This document shows positions 1 to 13,262 of a stretch of 64,000 nucleotides of DNA, piece after piece. The notes below the pieces were generated by a model, which was not told where the DNA came from, searched no databases, and worked only from the letters and a program-made list of their open reading frames with translations. The position numbers were made by a program, and so were the translations under genes. Source of the DNA: Octopus sinensis. Its lineage: Eukaryota. Each line of letters starts with the position of its first letter. The stretch's first letter is position 1. The DNA lies in contig NC_043008.1 of the NCBI RefSeq assembly GCF_006345805.1, positions 992,001 through 1,056,000 on the forward strand, written 5' to 3'.

Positions 1-102
1 GCAAAGTCGACCTCGGCGGAATTTGAACTCAGAACGTAACAGCAGACGGAATCAGGCTACGTATTTCGCCCGGCGTGCTAACGTTTCTGCCAGCTCACCG
101 CA
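1..102 (-). mobile_element. tRNA-derived SINE family B, 5' part (cut by window edge)
   Basis: Reverse complement gives a tRNA-like head (gcggtgagctggcagaaacgttagcacgccgggcg... B-box gagttcaaattcc) then gtcgactttgc; same family as 10625-10828 and 61752-61980. Confidence 0.85.
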
Positions 103-281
103 TTTTAGCCGATGAATATTGAAACAAGAAGTTGTAATAAGAGTGTATTTTTATGCAGTAGTGGCTGTATTGTTTCTAGTAGTAGTGGTGTTGGTAATAG
201 AATCGTAGTTGAATTTTCTTGGCAGAATTTATAACAAGATAACGGTATTTCAGTTCAAAAAGCCATATCTAAATTTATCAG

Positions 282-286
282 TATAT

Positions 287-329
<43 letters not shown>

Positions 330-546
330 GCATATACATAAATGCATATACAAATACAAAGACACAACACACACATATATTCCGATTTCTCTCTCACTGT
401 CTGAGGCTGTTAATATATATATATAATATATATATATATATATTATATATATATATGTATTTATATATTTATATATATATATATGCATATGTATATGTAT
501 ATATATGTGTATGTGTATATGTATGTATATATATATATATATTATA

Positions 547-601
<55 letters not shown>
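282..601. repeat. (TA)n-rich microsatellite complex
   Basis: Long interrupted TA runs; source of the YIYI ORFs. Confidence 0.95.
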
Positions 602-604
<3 letters not shown>

Positions 605-646
605 GCAGACACATTTGATTTGATATTCATCTTCTAAGTTCAACAG

Positions 647-797
647 TTCTCTCCGGACCATCGCTCTCTGGACCACCATCAACGCTACCGCTCTCTTCAA
701 TCGGATGATCTGACCTCTGCTAATGCAAGCGGTAACCCCTTGTCTTACGCATCTGAGAGGTCCGGCTTTAGACAGTTTACCACAAGTCTGGGTTTTG
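647..797 (+). CDS. Candidate coding exon of an unidentified gene (FSPDHRSLDHHQRYRSLQSDDLTSANASGNPLSYASERSGFRQFTTSLGF)
   Basis: Acceptor caacAG at 645-646, perfect donor G|GTAAGT at 798, open frame throughout, GC visibly above background; no recognisable homology; a minus-strand frame is also open. Confidence 0.25.
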
Positions 798-2427
798 GTA
801 AGTCTTGGAAGAAGGCCAGCTCTACGTAGTTAGATATGAGGCAGTAACAAAAGAGCTGTCCGATATTTAAATGAATAAAGAAAACAAAAGAGGAGTAATT
901 ATAGATCTATTTACTCATTAATATATTTTACATTTCTTTCAATAACCTTATTCCATCTTTCAAGATGTTTTTGTAGGTCACATTTATGAAATTTATTAGG
1001 TTCTGACCTGAAGGAATAGATTAACTTCATTTCGGCTGGGTGTGTCGCAGCCGGCCTACGTTCATGAAAATAGTTTTTACACTGATAAGGTAATGATGGT
1101 CAAGAGATGCAAATTCGGAGACTGTGGTGGATCATCTTAGTGTTTTGCGTTTTTCTTTCTTTGTCAGGTGAGTATCTTTAATAGGTTTTTTGGTTAAACA
1201 GATGCTGCGGAAAAGTGTATTATACTGATGGAGATGAAAGTTTTTTTCTGTTCGTTAAAGTCGAGCGCTTCTCGGCCATAAACCACAGTTGTCCTTGTCT
1301 GATTATTGTTCCATATTTCTAATGATAATAATGTTTCAGTTATCGAACCACGGAATTAATGTTTCTCTTCGGAGTAAGCATCCCAACGAGTGGGTTGCAG
1401 TTCTATCTCCCCATGTGAGTCACTGCTGATTTAACCTCTTCACTGTGTAATTCCATGGTCATTACCCTAACTCATCCATCAAACGGTAGTATTAATATTT
1501 TCTTCTTCTGCAATATATTTTTCACTATCTCCTGTAGGTGCAGTGTTCATATCCACCACCAAAAGCATTTCATTCTAGCTCCGTAAACAGATATTTGATG
1601 AAATATGTGGAAAAAAAAGAAAAAGTAAAAGACAAGAAATCAAGAAAATCTGATAAATTGTCTTTTTGCTAAAAGGGTCACTAGGTAGTCCCCGCTTCGC
1701 TTAGAATAACAAGAGATCATTTTTAACTCAGAGGGTGAAACCGCTTCCTACAGTTAACGGTAATGAAGTTTAGATCGGATGTATCCGGTTTTCGGATTCG
1801 AAGGGTCAATATTATAATAAAAGATCCATTTATTATCCCCAGCAACAACACTGTTCAAAAGAGTCATTTATATTTAATGTGAATGTAATGCTTCTCAGTA
1901 ATTAACACGTTGTTCATCATTATCATCATTATCGTCTCACCGATAATGTGGGACATACATTTTAACATATCTGGAACCTGTTCAAAAACTTTCTAATACG
2001 TGAGACACATTTACACAGCTGGCATTGAAAGTCTTAATACATTGCGTATACTCAGATTTAATGCAACGGCTGCTTCTATTGCGTCTTTCGCGCGACTATA
2101 TCTTCCCATGGCTCATCCTAAAAACGAAGTCCCTAGTGCTAAAGAAAGTACACATGCACTACACATTCATTAAATTTTTGATAGAATGTTATAATTGCAT
2201 TGGGTGGGTTATGACAGCATTTTGAATGTCGCAAATCATGAGATGACGAAACTGAGATATAGAAGAACCGAATATGAAGATCAGTGTGCATGGAGTCTCA
2301 TGACTAATGTTTCCATTTACTGTAAGAATAAAGTCTATTATTTATACAAATATTTCTAAACAACACATTAAAATCTTAAAAAGTTCGGTTAAAATTCGAA
2401 CAAAACTTCCCATAAAATATGATAGAC

Positions 2428-2464
2428 ATACATACGTACACACACACACACACACACCACACGC

Positions 2465-2511
<47 letters not shown>

Positions 2512-2606
2512 CTATATATATATATATATATATATTCATAAACAAACACAAAACACTTACGCCCGCATACTCACATGTTGTGTGTGAGTGTGTGTGTATA
2601 TATATG

Positions 2607-2644
<38 letters not shown>

Positions 2645-2679
2645 TATACATATATATTATATAAATACATATATATATG

Positions 2680-2711
<32 letters not shown>

Positions 2712-2720
2712 AATACATAC

Positions 2721-2811
<91 letters not shown>

Positions 2812-2845
2812 TATGTATACATACATATATATATGTATGTATACG
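2428..2845. repeat. (CA)n/(TA)n compound microsatellite
   Basis: Seen directly. Confidence 0.95.
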
Positions 2846-3186
2846 TGCTTACATTGGTTGATTCATAAAAGGTAATTCAAAAGCAGAAATAATGACTTGT
2901 CTGTTTATGACAACGTGAACCAGGCGTTAAATTTTGAGTGATCTGTTGCTTCTATTTCTCTATGATCGGCGTTATTTGACCTATTACCTGAAGAAAATTA
3001 ACTGAAAGGGTCGAAGGTCAATTGGAACAAAGAGCTGTGGATAGAAAGAAGGAAAGACCAGGAAACTTCAAGCAGTGTCTTTGAATTCATAAATCCTAGT
3101 CAGACTTTCTACAGCGGATTAAGGTTTCTAATGCATGCATGCAAATGTGTTTTTTGCATTGACAAGTACCAACGAATTATTGAGAA

Positions 3187-3228
<42 letters not shown>

Positions 3229-3280
3229 TATACATATATATATACATATAATATATACATATATATACATATATATATAC

Positions 3281-3342
<62 letters not shown>

Positions 3343-3366
3343 GTATAATATATATATATATATATA

Positions 3367-3506
3367 TGCCAAATCCACTCACAAGGCATTAGTCGGCCCG
3401 GGGCTATAGCAGAAGACACTTGCCCAAGATGCCACGCAGTAGGACTGAACCTGGAACCATGTGGTTGGTTAGCAAGCTACTTACCACACAGCCACTCCTG
3501 CGCCTA
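3367..3506 (-). mobile_element. SINE family A (CORE-like) 5' 140 bp, inverted duplicate of 3690-3829
   Basis: Reverse complement equals 3690-3829 except for one base; ends abruptly in (TA)n. Confidence 0.95.
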
Positions 3507-3532
3507 TATATATGTATATATATATGTATATA

Positions 3533-3613
<81 letters not shown>

Positions 3614-3617
3614 TATA

Positions 3618-3650
<33 letters not shown>

Positions 3651-3690
3651 ATACATATATATATACATATATATATACATATATATATAT

Positions 3691-3856
3691 AGGCGCAGGA
3701 GTGGCTGTGTGGTAAGTAGCTTGCTAACCAACCACATGGTTCCAGGTTCAGTCCTACTGCGTGGCATCTTGGACAAGTGTCTTCTGCTATAGCCCCGGGC
3801 CGACTAATGCCTTGTGAGTGGATTTGGCAGACGGAAACTGAAAGAAGCCTGTCGTA

Positions 3857-3897
<41 letters not shown>

Positions 3898-4118
3898 GTG
3901 TGTGCATGTGTTTGTGTGTCTGTGTTTGTCTCCCTAGCATTGCTTGACAACCGATGCTGGTGTGTTTACGTCCCCGTCACTTAGCGGTTCGGCAAAAGAG
4001 ACCGATGGAATAAGTACTGGGCTAACAAAGAATAAGTCCCGGGGTCGATTTGCTCGACTAAAGGCGGTGCTCCAGCATGCCCGCAGTCAAATGACTGAAA
4101 CAAGTAAAAGAGTAAAAG
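3691..4118 (+). mobile_element. Full-length tRNA-derived SINE family A (CORE-like; resembles octopus OR-type SINEs)
   Basis: A-box-like tggctgtgtgg, B-box-like ggttcagtcc, CORE-like ggcatcttggacaagtgtcttct, internal TA/TG tract, 3' hairpin cagtc-aaat-gactg followed by aaac, terminal (agtaaaag)2. Confidence 0.9.
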
Positions 4119-4154
<36 letters not shown>

Positions 4155-4176
4155 ATATGTTTGTATATATATATTA

Positions 4177-4236
<60 letters not shown>

Positions 4237-4274
4237 ATAATTGTATGTATGTATATATGTAGAGTAAATCCAAA

Positions 4275-4400
4275 ATGACCGATAGAATAGGTACTAGGCT
4301 TACAAAGAATAAGTCCTAGGGTTACATGCTCGACTAAATTCGGTGATCCAGGATGGCCGCAGTCACATGACTGAAACAAGAAAAGGAGTAAAAGAGAGTA
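4275..4400 (+). mobile_element. SINE family A, 3' fragment
   Basis: gaccgatagaataggtactaggcttacaaagaataagtcc...catgactgaaacaag matches the tail of 3691-4118. Confidence 0.85.
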
Positions 4401-5299
4401 TATGTGTACAGTTGCTTTGTATTCAACCTTCAGTTACTGTACACCTCCGACGATAATGTATTGAACTCATGTTTACTATACATATAGGTGCACATATATA
4501 GTTCTATCCTAATATAATATGATTTCTCATCCGAGCATTTAATGTCATATTGGAATATACATATACATATTTTATACACACATATACACACACACATGAC
4601 GTAATATCCTTGGAATAAATAGGTCGCATTAAAATTAAGATTAAAATATTTTCTGATAATTCTGAAGTAAATTTGAATAATGTTTTATCGTTAGCTACAA
4701 TTACATTAAAAACTATACTTTTCAAATATAGATTATTAAGAAAAGTAATATTGACAATCCATTGAACACTGTTCAACATTATCAAAGACGCATTGATATC
4801 ACTTACATCAAACGAATTTAAAATCAAAGTTAAATTTTAACAGCTTTATACAAGATGCTGTGAACATGGCTTGTAATCTATCTTACCCGGAATATGTTAG
4901 TAACAATAATATAAAGAGAGAATGGTAATGGTTTCTATCATAGCGACATGTTCAGAAGATTATTTGGTGGTTGAGGGAAGGCTTAGTTGTATAAAGTGAC
5001 CCTCGTACTGCATCGGCACTGTTATTTCGTTCACACCAGTAAAAGGAATGGCGAATTTCATATTAGGGGAATTCATATTCTCGATATGAACAGTGGGAGC
5101 CTTGGCCATTTGGCATTTTGTCCTAAGTTAGAACGATTCTCACAATGAGTTGACTCTGACAAAGCAAATTTACAAAACCAGATATTTGCCGGGAAGTAAC
5201 AAGCCGATTATATCGAATAATATCCTTTATTAATATCTTCTTTTTCGATAGTTAATTAATTATTTTATTAATTTATCTATTTTTGAATTAAAATTTCCT

Positions 5300-5470
5300 G
5301 TAAGAGAAATGCTTCACGGCATTTCGTTGGTCTACATGTTCTCAGATCAGCTTTACCTTTCATCCTTTTGACGTGGGTAACATTAGTAACATTTGAACAC
5401 TAGTGTCGATGTAATCGACTTAAGCCTCTTCCCGAAATTCCTGGCCTTGTGCAAAAGTTTGAAACCATTA
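5300..5470 (+). mobile_element. Degenerate SINE family B
   Basis: gaaatgcttcacggcatttcg...ttcatcctttt...gtcgatgtaatcgact resembles family B. Confidence 0.6.
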
Positions 5471-6074
5471 TAGCTGCAAATAAAAATCAAACACACACAC
5501 ACATACACACATGATATATGTATATGTATGCGTGTGTTTGTTTCTGTGAGTGTGTGCGCGCTAGTATATGTGTGTGTATTGCGTGTACAGATATTTGAAA
5601 CGTTGCTTGGAGTTGCATCAAAGCAACCGCAATGCCGTTCGTTAAAGATTGATGGATATAAAATCTATTGTAAGCGAGACCCTACTATGGCCGTGGACTA
5701 AAATCTAAACCCACTAAAATAATGCAAGACTGGATGGAAGCTAATTTAGTCTCCACTCGATTTATGGAGGTTGTTTGGCATCGCAAAAAGAATGGCATAC
5801 TTACGTTGTAAATTAGTATACAGTACATTTGTGTATTGATTTCAACGTGTCCTGTTTTGCCAAGAAACATGTTCAATGCAATTGCGCACATCCTGTATGG
5901 AATGATTTGCTTTGCACATGTCCATTACAACAAATAATATTAATAATGCACACTCAGATGGCATATCTCTATTATATGATGATAAACATTATTTCTAATC
6001 TAATATGAATTAATGCCATAATATCCAGATTTATTGATAATTATATACAATAAAATAGGATATAGCGTAATGTC

Positions 6075-6395
<321 letters not shown>

Positions 6396-8845
6396 ATGCA
6401 TAAACACATTCATACGTTGCGTATTCACTTATGGTTAATTGCCATTTTCACAAGCGTTTTTACCGATTCTATTTCTTCAGTTCTTCACTGCATCTCTTCG
6501 GTTACATTTGTTTCATACATTTTAGTATTTCATTTTACACATATCAGCCATTCATTCTACATTGCCTTGAGTGAATCGTAGGCAGTTGTTGCAATCATAA
6601 TTAAATATACACGGAACTCAAAGGAGGAAAAAGGGAACTGCTTACAACAGTATAAAACCAGCTAAGCTCTAGGGGACATTGATTACTGATTAAATCTACA
6701 AGCGGAGAACATGAGGGCCACTCTTCGACGAGCTTCAGCACAGTTTTCTTTACCGAATACATTGAGGATTATTGAATAGATAAGAAGCTTATATTTTAAA
6801 TGAAGGGGATTTTAAAATATTACTTACATAACATAAAGTTAATGGAAATAATTTCGAAATATATTAGTGAGGTGAAAGTGCATGTACTCGTGGTTGGGGC
6901 TGTTGCATTCCCAGACAGGCTCTGTCTTATGTTTTTCGTTTCATGTTGCAGCAGTCCGCTCAGTAGCAAATTTTTAACCATGTGATGGACTGATGCTCCG
7001 TTCAGGCGGTAGATTGAAGTGTCCGCCTAACCAGTGGCGTGTTATCATTCCAAAGCTTCGACAACGCGCGAAAGCGCATGGTGGCCAGCGGTGTATATAA
7101 TCGTCCGAGAATCACTGTTCATGTACTGCCATTAATAAGGCACTTTAAATATCAATTCTAATTCAGGCGTATTTTTTGCGTGAGCGTGTGTGTGAAAATA
7201 TATACATCCGCACAGTATGGTTCTGCGCATATTCCGTGGTGGTGTAAAAGTTAGTAACATATGCTAAAATACAATGTTTAATAACACTGAGCTATAAATT
7301 TCGGCAATACAACCAGAAATATATTAATTTTGGTAATGGTTAAGATTTTCTTAGTGTACGGAAGATTATTCTGGTTACAACTTTTAATAGCTTCTCTTAT
7401 TTTTATAGCAACAAGAGCCAAAAAGAATAACAAAATCGGTCGGACAAGAACTGCTCATCTTCCGATAGATACTGATTTAGCCACTTTAAATCAGACAAAA
7501 AAGGAATAATAAAGAAGAGAAAAAATACAGAAGACAACATCTAGACTAATCTATCTCTCTAACGATTAATATCTATTTGCTATATTAGTTATTTTGTTCT
7601 TTGTTCTCCCCTTATTAATGTCCATTATTTATATGCTAATGCTTTCCGTCCAATGATGTCTGAGATAATGGAAAGGTTAGCTGTCCTTAGATTTCAATAT
7701 TCGAACATAAAAGTCTTCCCGTTATTTCCCGAATGTTAGGTCAATAACGGATGACTTCGGTGCACTTCAATTATGCTGCACTAAAAGTAATTCCTTTTAA
7801 CTTATCACTATACTAAGGCATTGACATTTAACCGAGTGAATTTTTAGGCAACCCAGCACGAATTGAACATACAAGTGAAATGTAAAGAAAATGCTATATT
7901 TTTAAACGATACACATCTAATTGAATCAACGTGTGGCACCCCTGTGAAACAGAACAGCACCACTTCATTAAACTAATAAATCTCTCTAGAAATATCGACA
8001 CAAGAATTTGTTTCGGATAAAAATACATTCCGTAATTGTATTTACTATTCTCTTTTTGATTCTTTTAGTGATTTTTATTTTGTTTTATATTTCAGCGTAG
8101 AATAAACTCAATATGTTGAACCAGTGTCTATCACTAGACTAACAAATTACCCGTAGGAATTGCATAAAAATTCATGATTATATTCTTTCTGTCAATCATT
8201 ATCCATCGATTCATTCTCCACCTATTTATTCTGAAGATCATTCCGTTATTCACTCAACCATTTAACAATCCGTAATATGCGATAGTTACATAATTTTTTA
8301 ACTCATTCAAACTTAAGATGTAATAACTGAATGAGAGTCATGTAAGAAAGAAAAGCCGATTATGCAGAGTCTTTTGGCCGCACCATAGAATGCGCAGCAA
8401 AATTCCTTCGCAAAAGACGGTGTTAAACTAATAACACTTTGGCATCTTAACTGAAACATGTGTCGACAGAAGGCATTTTCTATACAGTTATAAACTCGTT
8501 TTCTTCGAAATAACATCCAGAGATCCCAATCTGAGGAAATCAATAAACTCGAAACGAACCTACGAGAGAGTCTCAAGGCGGTCATTCAATCACTAGAAAT
8601 TGAAGTTATATATCTTTTTCACATTAGTCAAAATCATCTTAAAATACAGGAAAGGACACGGTGGACGACGCCAATATTACAATGCAAAAGAAATAAAAAT
8701 GAAGAGACCGTAATAGTTTTTTGTAACTGTCCGGTATAGGAACTCTTTTGGGGACGTTTTCTATGAGTTTGTTCAATGCTGTGACATCTGATCCTGATCG
8801 ATCTTTACGTCAAGCATATATATAGATAAAACTATTAATGTAAAC

Positions 8846-9100
8846 CAGTGGTGCTCAACCGAGTTCCGTGTGGCCCTTGCGGGTCCATTTAAGGTTTTGG
8901 TATTGAAATTTAAGAGCAATTAATTGTTTAATCCTCAACAATTCACAAGATATTTTAGCAAATTTTATTAATACAATTCTTAATAATAGTTAATTATAAA
9001 CATAAAATAAGACTGTTAGACATGGAATGGTTATGAGGGTCCATGCGAGCAAAATAGGAATCAGAGCGGTGCATAGGTTAGAAACGGTTGGGAAACACTG
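8846..9100. mobile_element. hAT (Charlie-like) MITE, 255 bp
   Basis: Termini CAGTGGTGCTCAACC ... GGTTGGGAAACACTG (imperfect TIR of the Charlie CAGTG type); flanking 8-mers atgtaaac/atctaagc match 6/8, a possible decayed TSD. Confidence 0.7.
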
Positions 9101-9286
9101 ATCTAAGCATTATAGCACCATAGCAAGTATTGAGTTCATTTTACTTTGTGTAAGTATTCCATCTCTGTATGTGTGTGTGTGTGTGTGTATGTGTGCGGTA
9201 GTCTATATGTGTATGCATCGTGTCTGTGTGCTCGCGTATGCATAATGTGTATGAATAATGTGTAGACTTTTGTGTCTATCTCATTT

Positions 9287-9323
<37 letters not shown>

Positions 9324-9369
9324 ATCTGGATATCTCTTATTCTTTGTCCTTTCGGTATTTCAGTATGTG

Positions 9370-9590
9370 GTCTGAAGGAAGTACAAGGTTTTAGTCGAAT
9401 AAATCAACCACTAATATCTTATTTGAAACAATGATACTTATTCTATCGGTTTCTTTTGCTGAGTCGCTATTTTGCAGTGAAGTACACACACCAGCAGAAA
9501 GACAAACAAAATACAGACACACACACACAATACATACGGCGGGTTTTACACAGTTTCCCATTACCAAGTCTAATCAAACGGCTAAGATAA
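9370..9590 (-). mobile_element. Degenerate SINE family A, 3' half
   Basis: gatacttattctatcggtttcttttgctgagtcgct...cacacaccagca matches reverse-complemented family A body. Confidence 0.6.
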
Positions 9591-10094
9591 GCCCACATGT
9601 ATAGCACTGACTAAAATACGAGAGAATACAAGGCGATCATATTAACACTTCATCAGGGCCTGCGCCTGATTTACGCTCTGGTACTACGCGCTCTGATACT
9701 ATCCTTCCATTCTTTGCATATATCAATGTTTACATTATTCAAAGTAAATTTCATAGATTACGATAAACAAATAAAATATCAATAACGTATCAGAAGATTT
9801 TAGTGCTATTTGCAACAGTTCTAATGAATGCTTACAGGGTCTCTGTCGTAGTCTCGATTAAAGATACATGTGTGTCATTAGGTGAGGTACTTTCGTATAA
9901 TTTTCCCAATATATAGAGTGCTACCATATCCCTTGGGAAATAAATTGTGAAAGTTAAGAGCTGGGATATGAGTTATAGAATTGCTTCACTAGGCCATCCC
10001 ATAATTCTCTACGGTTCAAGGCACATGTATACATCATTTACATTCAAGTTTATATATATGCTATAAGCCACCACCACCCCACAATATATGCATA

Positions 10095-10148
<54 letters not shown>

Positions 10149-10165
10149 TATATACTTATATATGC

Positions 10166-10196
<31 letters not shown>

Positions 10197-10624
10197 CACA
10201 CACATACACACACACAAACATGTATATATGCATATATATATGTATGTGTATATATACATACATACATATATTCATACAAATATGCATACATATGTGTGTG
10301 TGTATCTCTGTGCATTCATATATGTATGCTAATGCTGGTCTTCGTTTTGACACTCTGCTGTCACAACGGTAATCAAACGTGGCCTACACACCTTTTAAAG
10401 AGATTCTGACTTACCCCTTCAATAGGCAAGTTTCCAATAGAAAAAAACAAAGTACTCTGCAGAGTTGTTATACATTTTATACTTTGTCAATTTAGTTTTA
10501 ATTCTTTATGTATTTATATACCTTCAAAAGTTTCTTACTTACGTTTTGCCTGTATTATTAAACGGGACGCCAGAATCACGCACTCACACATACATACATA
10601 TATAAGTGTGCTTTTTTCTTTTTT

Positions 10625-10828
10625 ACTCAGGCACAAGATACAAAAATTTTGGGGAAGACGTTTGTCGATTAGATGGACTCCAGTACGCAACTGGTACTTA
10701 ATTTATCGACGCCGAAAGGATGAAAGGCAAAGTCGACCTCGACGGAACTTGTACTCAGAACGCAAAGATAGACGAAATACCTCTAAGCATTTCGCCCTGC
10801 GAACTAACATTTCTGCTAGCTCACCGCC
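10625..10828 (-). mobile_element. SINE family B
   Basis: ccagtacgcaactggtacttaatttatcgacgccgaaaggatgaaaggcaaagtcgacctcg...gctagctcaccgcc, same as 61752-61980. Confidence 0.9.
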
Positions 10829-10849
10829 ACAGACATACACACACACACA

Positions 10850-10910
<61 letters not shown>

Positions 10911-11127
10911 AGCAATAATAAAGCACAACTAAAATCAACGTAAAACTTTAACGACATAAATATGAAAGCATATTACAGTAAAGAACCTGAATAATCTGCA
11001 CCATTATTATAGTAATGTTGTAATTTTAACGGTTCCCAACCGACGCCATCGAAACATGTGTAGGCCTATTTGGGGCTGTATTCATATATAAATGTAATTC
11101 TGATACTGCTTTGTTATAATCCGTATT

Positions 11128-11295
11128 GTGACTGAGTGGTAAGTAGCTCGCTTACCAACCACTGAAATTGAAAGAAGCCCGTTGTGTATATGTGTGAGTG
11201 TGTATGTCTGTATGTCTGTGTCCCCCACACCGTCGCTTGCCAATCGATGGTGGTGTGTTTACGACCCCCGTAACTTAGCAGTTCGGCAAAAAAAC
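11128..11295 (+). mobile_element. Internally deleted, 3'-truncated SINE family A
   Basis: gtggtaagtagctcgcttaccaaccac joined directly to tgaaattgaaagaagccc; ends at cggcaaaaaaac. Confidence 0.75.
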
Positions 11296-11299
11296 GCTG

Positions 11300-12030
11300 T
11301 ATGGTATGGAGCCACGTCTTCCATGAATAAAAACTCCTTTTTCGTTGTTATCGTGTGAATACATCGGAAGTAGTCCTTTCTTAAGTATTTCGATATATTT
11401 TTCAGAGTATATATACTTCGAACACATTCGATCAGCTCAGAACGACCATTGCTAGTGACCGCTTCCCATACCATTACAGAGATACCACCATGTTTCACTT
11501 TTGGTTGGAGTCGCGTCAAATCAAATTCTTGATTGGGAAGCCTCCAGACCCAAACACTCCACTGTCTGAAAATAATGCAAATCTGGATTCAACTGAGAAA
11601 ATCACTCCATCCCAAAATGAACTGGATTTTTCTGACATCTCCTTAGCCCATTTCTTTCTTTTCATGACATTAATTGGTTGAAGGAGAGGTTTTCTTCTAG
11701 CTGCTTGTCCATAATACCCAAGCTAATGCAGATATGTAACACACATTCTTGGACTAGCTTCGAACTGTTTTGCAATGTCAGAAGCCTTCGAACGGGGTTC
11801 GTTTTCCACAATTCTCTTCAAACAACGAAGCTTCCTTTCGGAGGGCCCAGGTCGGCCGGGACAAGAATTTGTTGATTCTTTTCCTTGGCTTATGAATTGC
11901 ATTATAATTCTATTAACATTACCATGAGGAATTTGAACATTTTCGCTGGCTAAGACCATCCTCAGGTTGCCCAACAATACGACCTCCTTGAAAATCTGAC
12001 AGTTCTGCTGAATTTTTTTGTGCGTGGCAT
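11300..12030 (-). pseudogene. Tc1-like transposase relic (frameshifted, 3'-truncated)
   Basis: ATG at 12030 (MPRTKNSAELSDFQGGRIVG), HTH-type [34 protein letters not shown] (DDE first D mutated), [28 protein letters not shown]. Confidence 0.85.
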
Positions 12031-12263
12031 GGTTACACTTCGTAAATGTTTAACATAATGGCAACTGGAATAAACAATAATAATTATATTGTAAATTCTA
12101 CGCCGCTGAAAACATATTAAGACATTAAGAAAACATATTAAGACAGTTTAGATTAGAAATTTTGTAAATGAATGGTGTCTATTTATTTCTTGCATGCCTT
12201 TGTATATATGCACATCTATACATATATATACATATATGTGTGCTTGTGTTTGTGTGTGTGTGT

Positions 12264-12303
<40 letters not shown>

Positions 12304-13080
12304 ATAGATCGACAGATACGCCAATATTCATCAATCTATCATTCTGTCTCTTTGTCTGTCTATCTACCTCACTCTCTTTCTCTCTGTCTCTCTCTAACCA
12401 ATTCAGGAATTCACTCGACAATCACACAAATATTGTCCTATTATTACCATGATGTAATATTACTAACAAAACATAAATTGTGTAACAAAAGCAGTTGCGT
12501 TACAATAACGGTAAATATTTTCTTAGCCGGCAGTGCTGTCATTAACGTCCTCTTCATGGCCAGACGCTTTAGACTGGATTCGGAATCTATCTCCATAGAA
12601 CACTTAAGTGCTACAGACTCTAATGCGACTAGACGTAAGAAGCCATATTTGTCCCAATGCAGGTTGGAGTTTGAATGAAACGATGACGACTGAGATAGAT
12701 GAATCATCGCTAAAATGATTGTGCGTGGGGAATTTTCTGCTTAAATTGAAATACGTCCGCTTACAGAGATGTCGAATATCTAAGATCGTTTGCCGAAATG
12801 TCATCGATGCTTTAATGAATGAACTTAACAATTTAAATCTGACATTTAACTTGATTAATTTTGGCACCCCAACAGAATTGTGATTATATTAGCTTGTGGT
12901 AGGATTATGGGCACAAGTGTGTCTACGCGTTTAAGAAGTGTCGTTTTCTATAATCCTGGTTTAATCATATCCTTGTAAGTGTATTGGCTCAACGGAAAAT
13001 TTAAGAAACCTATAATGTATGTGTGTGTGTGTGTGCAAGTGTGTGCGTGAGTGTGTGTGTATTTGTGTATATGTGTATCG

Positions 13081-13262
13081 CCAGGATAGATCGTTAGCCA
13101 CTACACATTTTTATCTCTCCTTGTTTTTTCTGTGTCCCTTTCTGTAGAAGAGCGTAGGCTCGAAACGTAAAAGACTTTTTCTATTCCTGAGCGTTTTACT
13201 AATACATCTGTTTGTTTTGTACACCACCTGTCTTCGTCTTTTGTTTTTTTCGTAAACTCTTC
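13081..13262 (+). mobile_element. Short repeat (PLE pseudo-LTR-like) carrying a hammerhead-like motif; second copy at 48456-48642
   Basis: Closely similar to the inverted copy at 48.5 kb; contains cttt-CTGTAGA-A-GAGC-gtag-GCTC-GAAAC-GTA-aaag; ends at (TA)n. Confidence 0.7.
13138..13173 (+). ncRNA. Minimal type-I hammerhead-like motif, variant core CUGUAGA
   Basis: Stem I cttt/aaag, stem II GAGC/GCTC, GAAAC, palindromic ACGT, GUA cleavage triplet; A6 replaced by U. Confidence 0.5.

Noticed and set aside
1030-1065. Minus-strand GGCTG..CAGCC-GAAA hairpin
   Set aside because: No CUGANGA upstream, and the surrounding 870-1500 region gave no recognisable protein motif
5640-5770. Hox/Pbx-like sites (gattgatgg, gatttatgg)
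   Set aside because: Incomplete matches, expected by chance in AT-rich DNA
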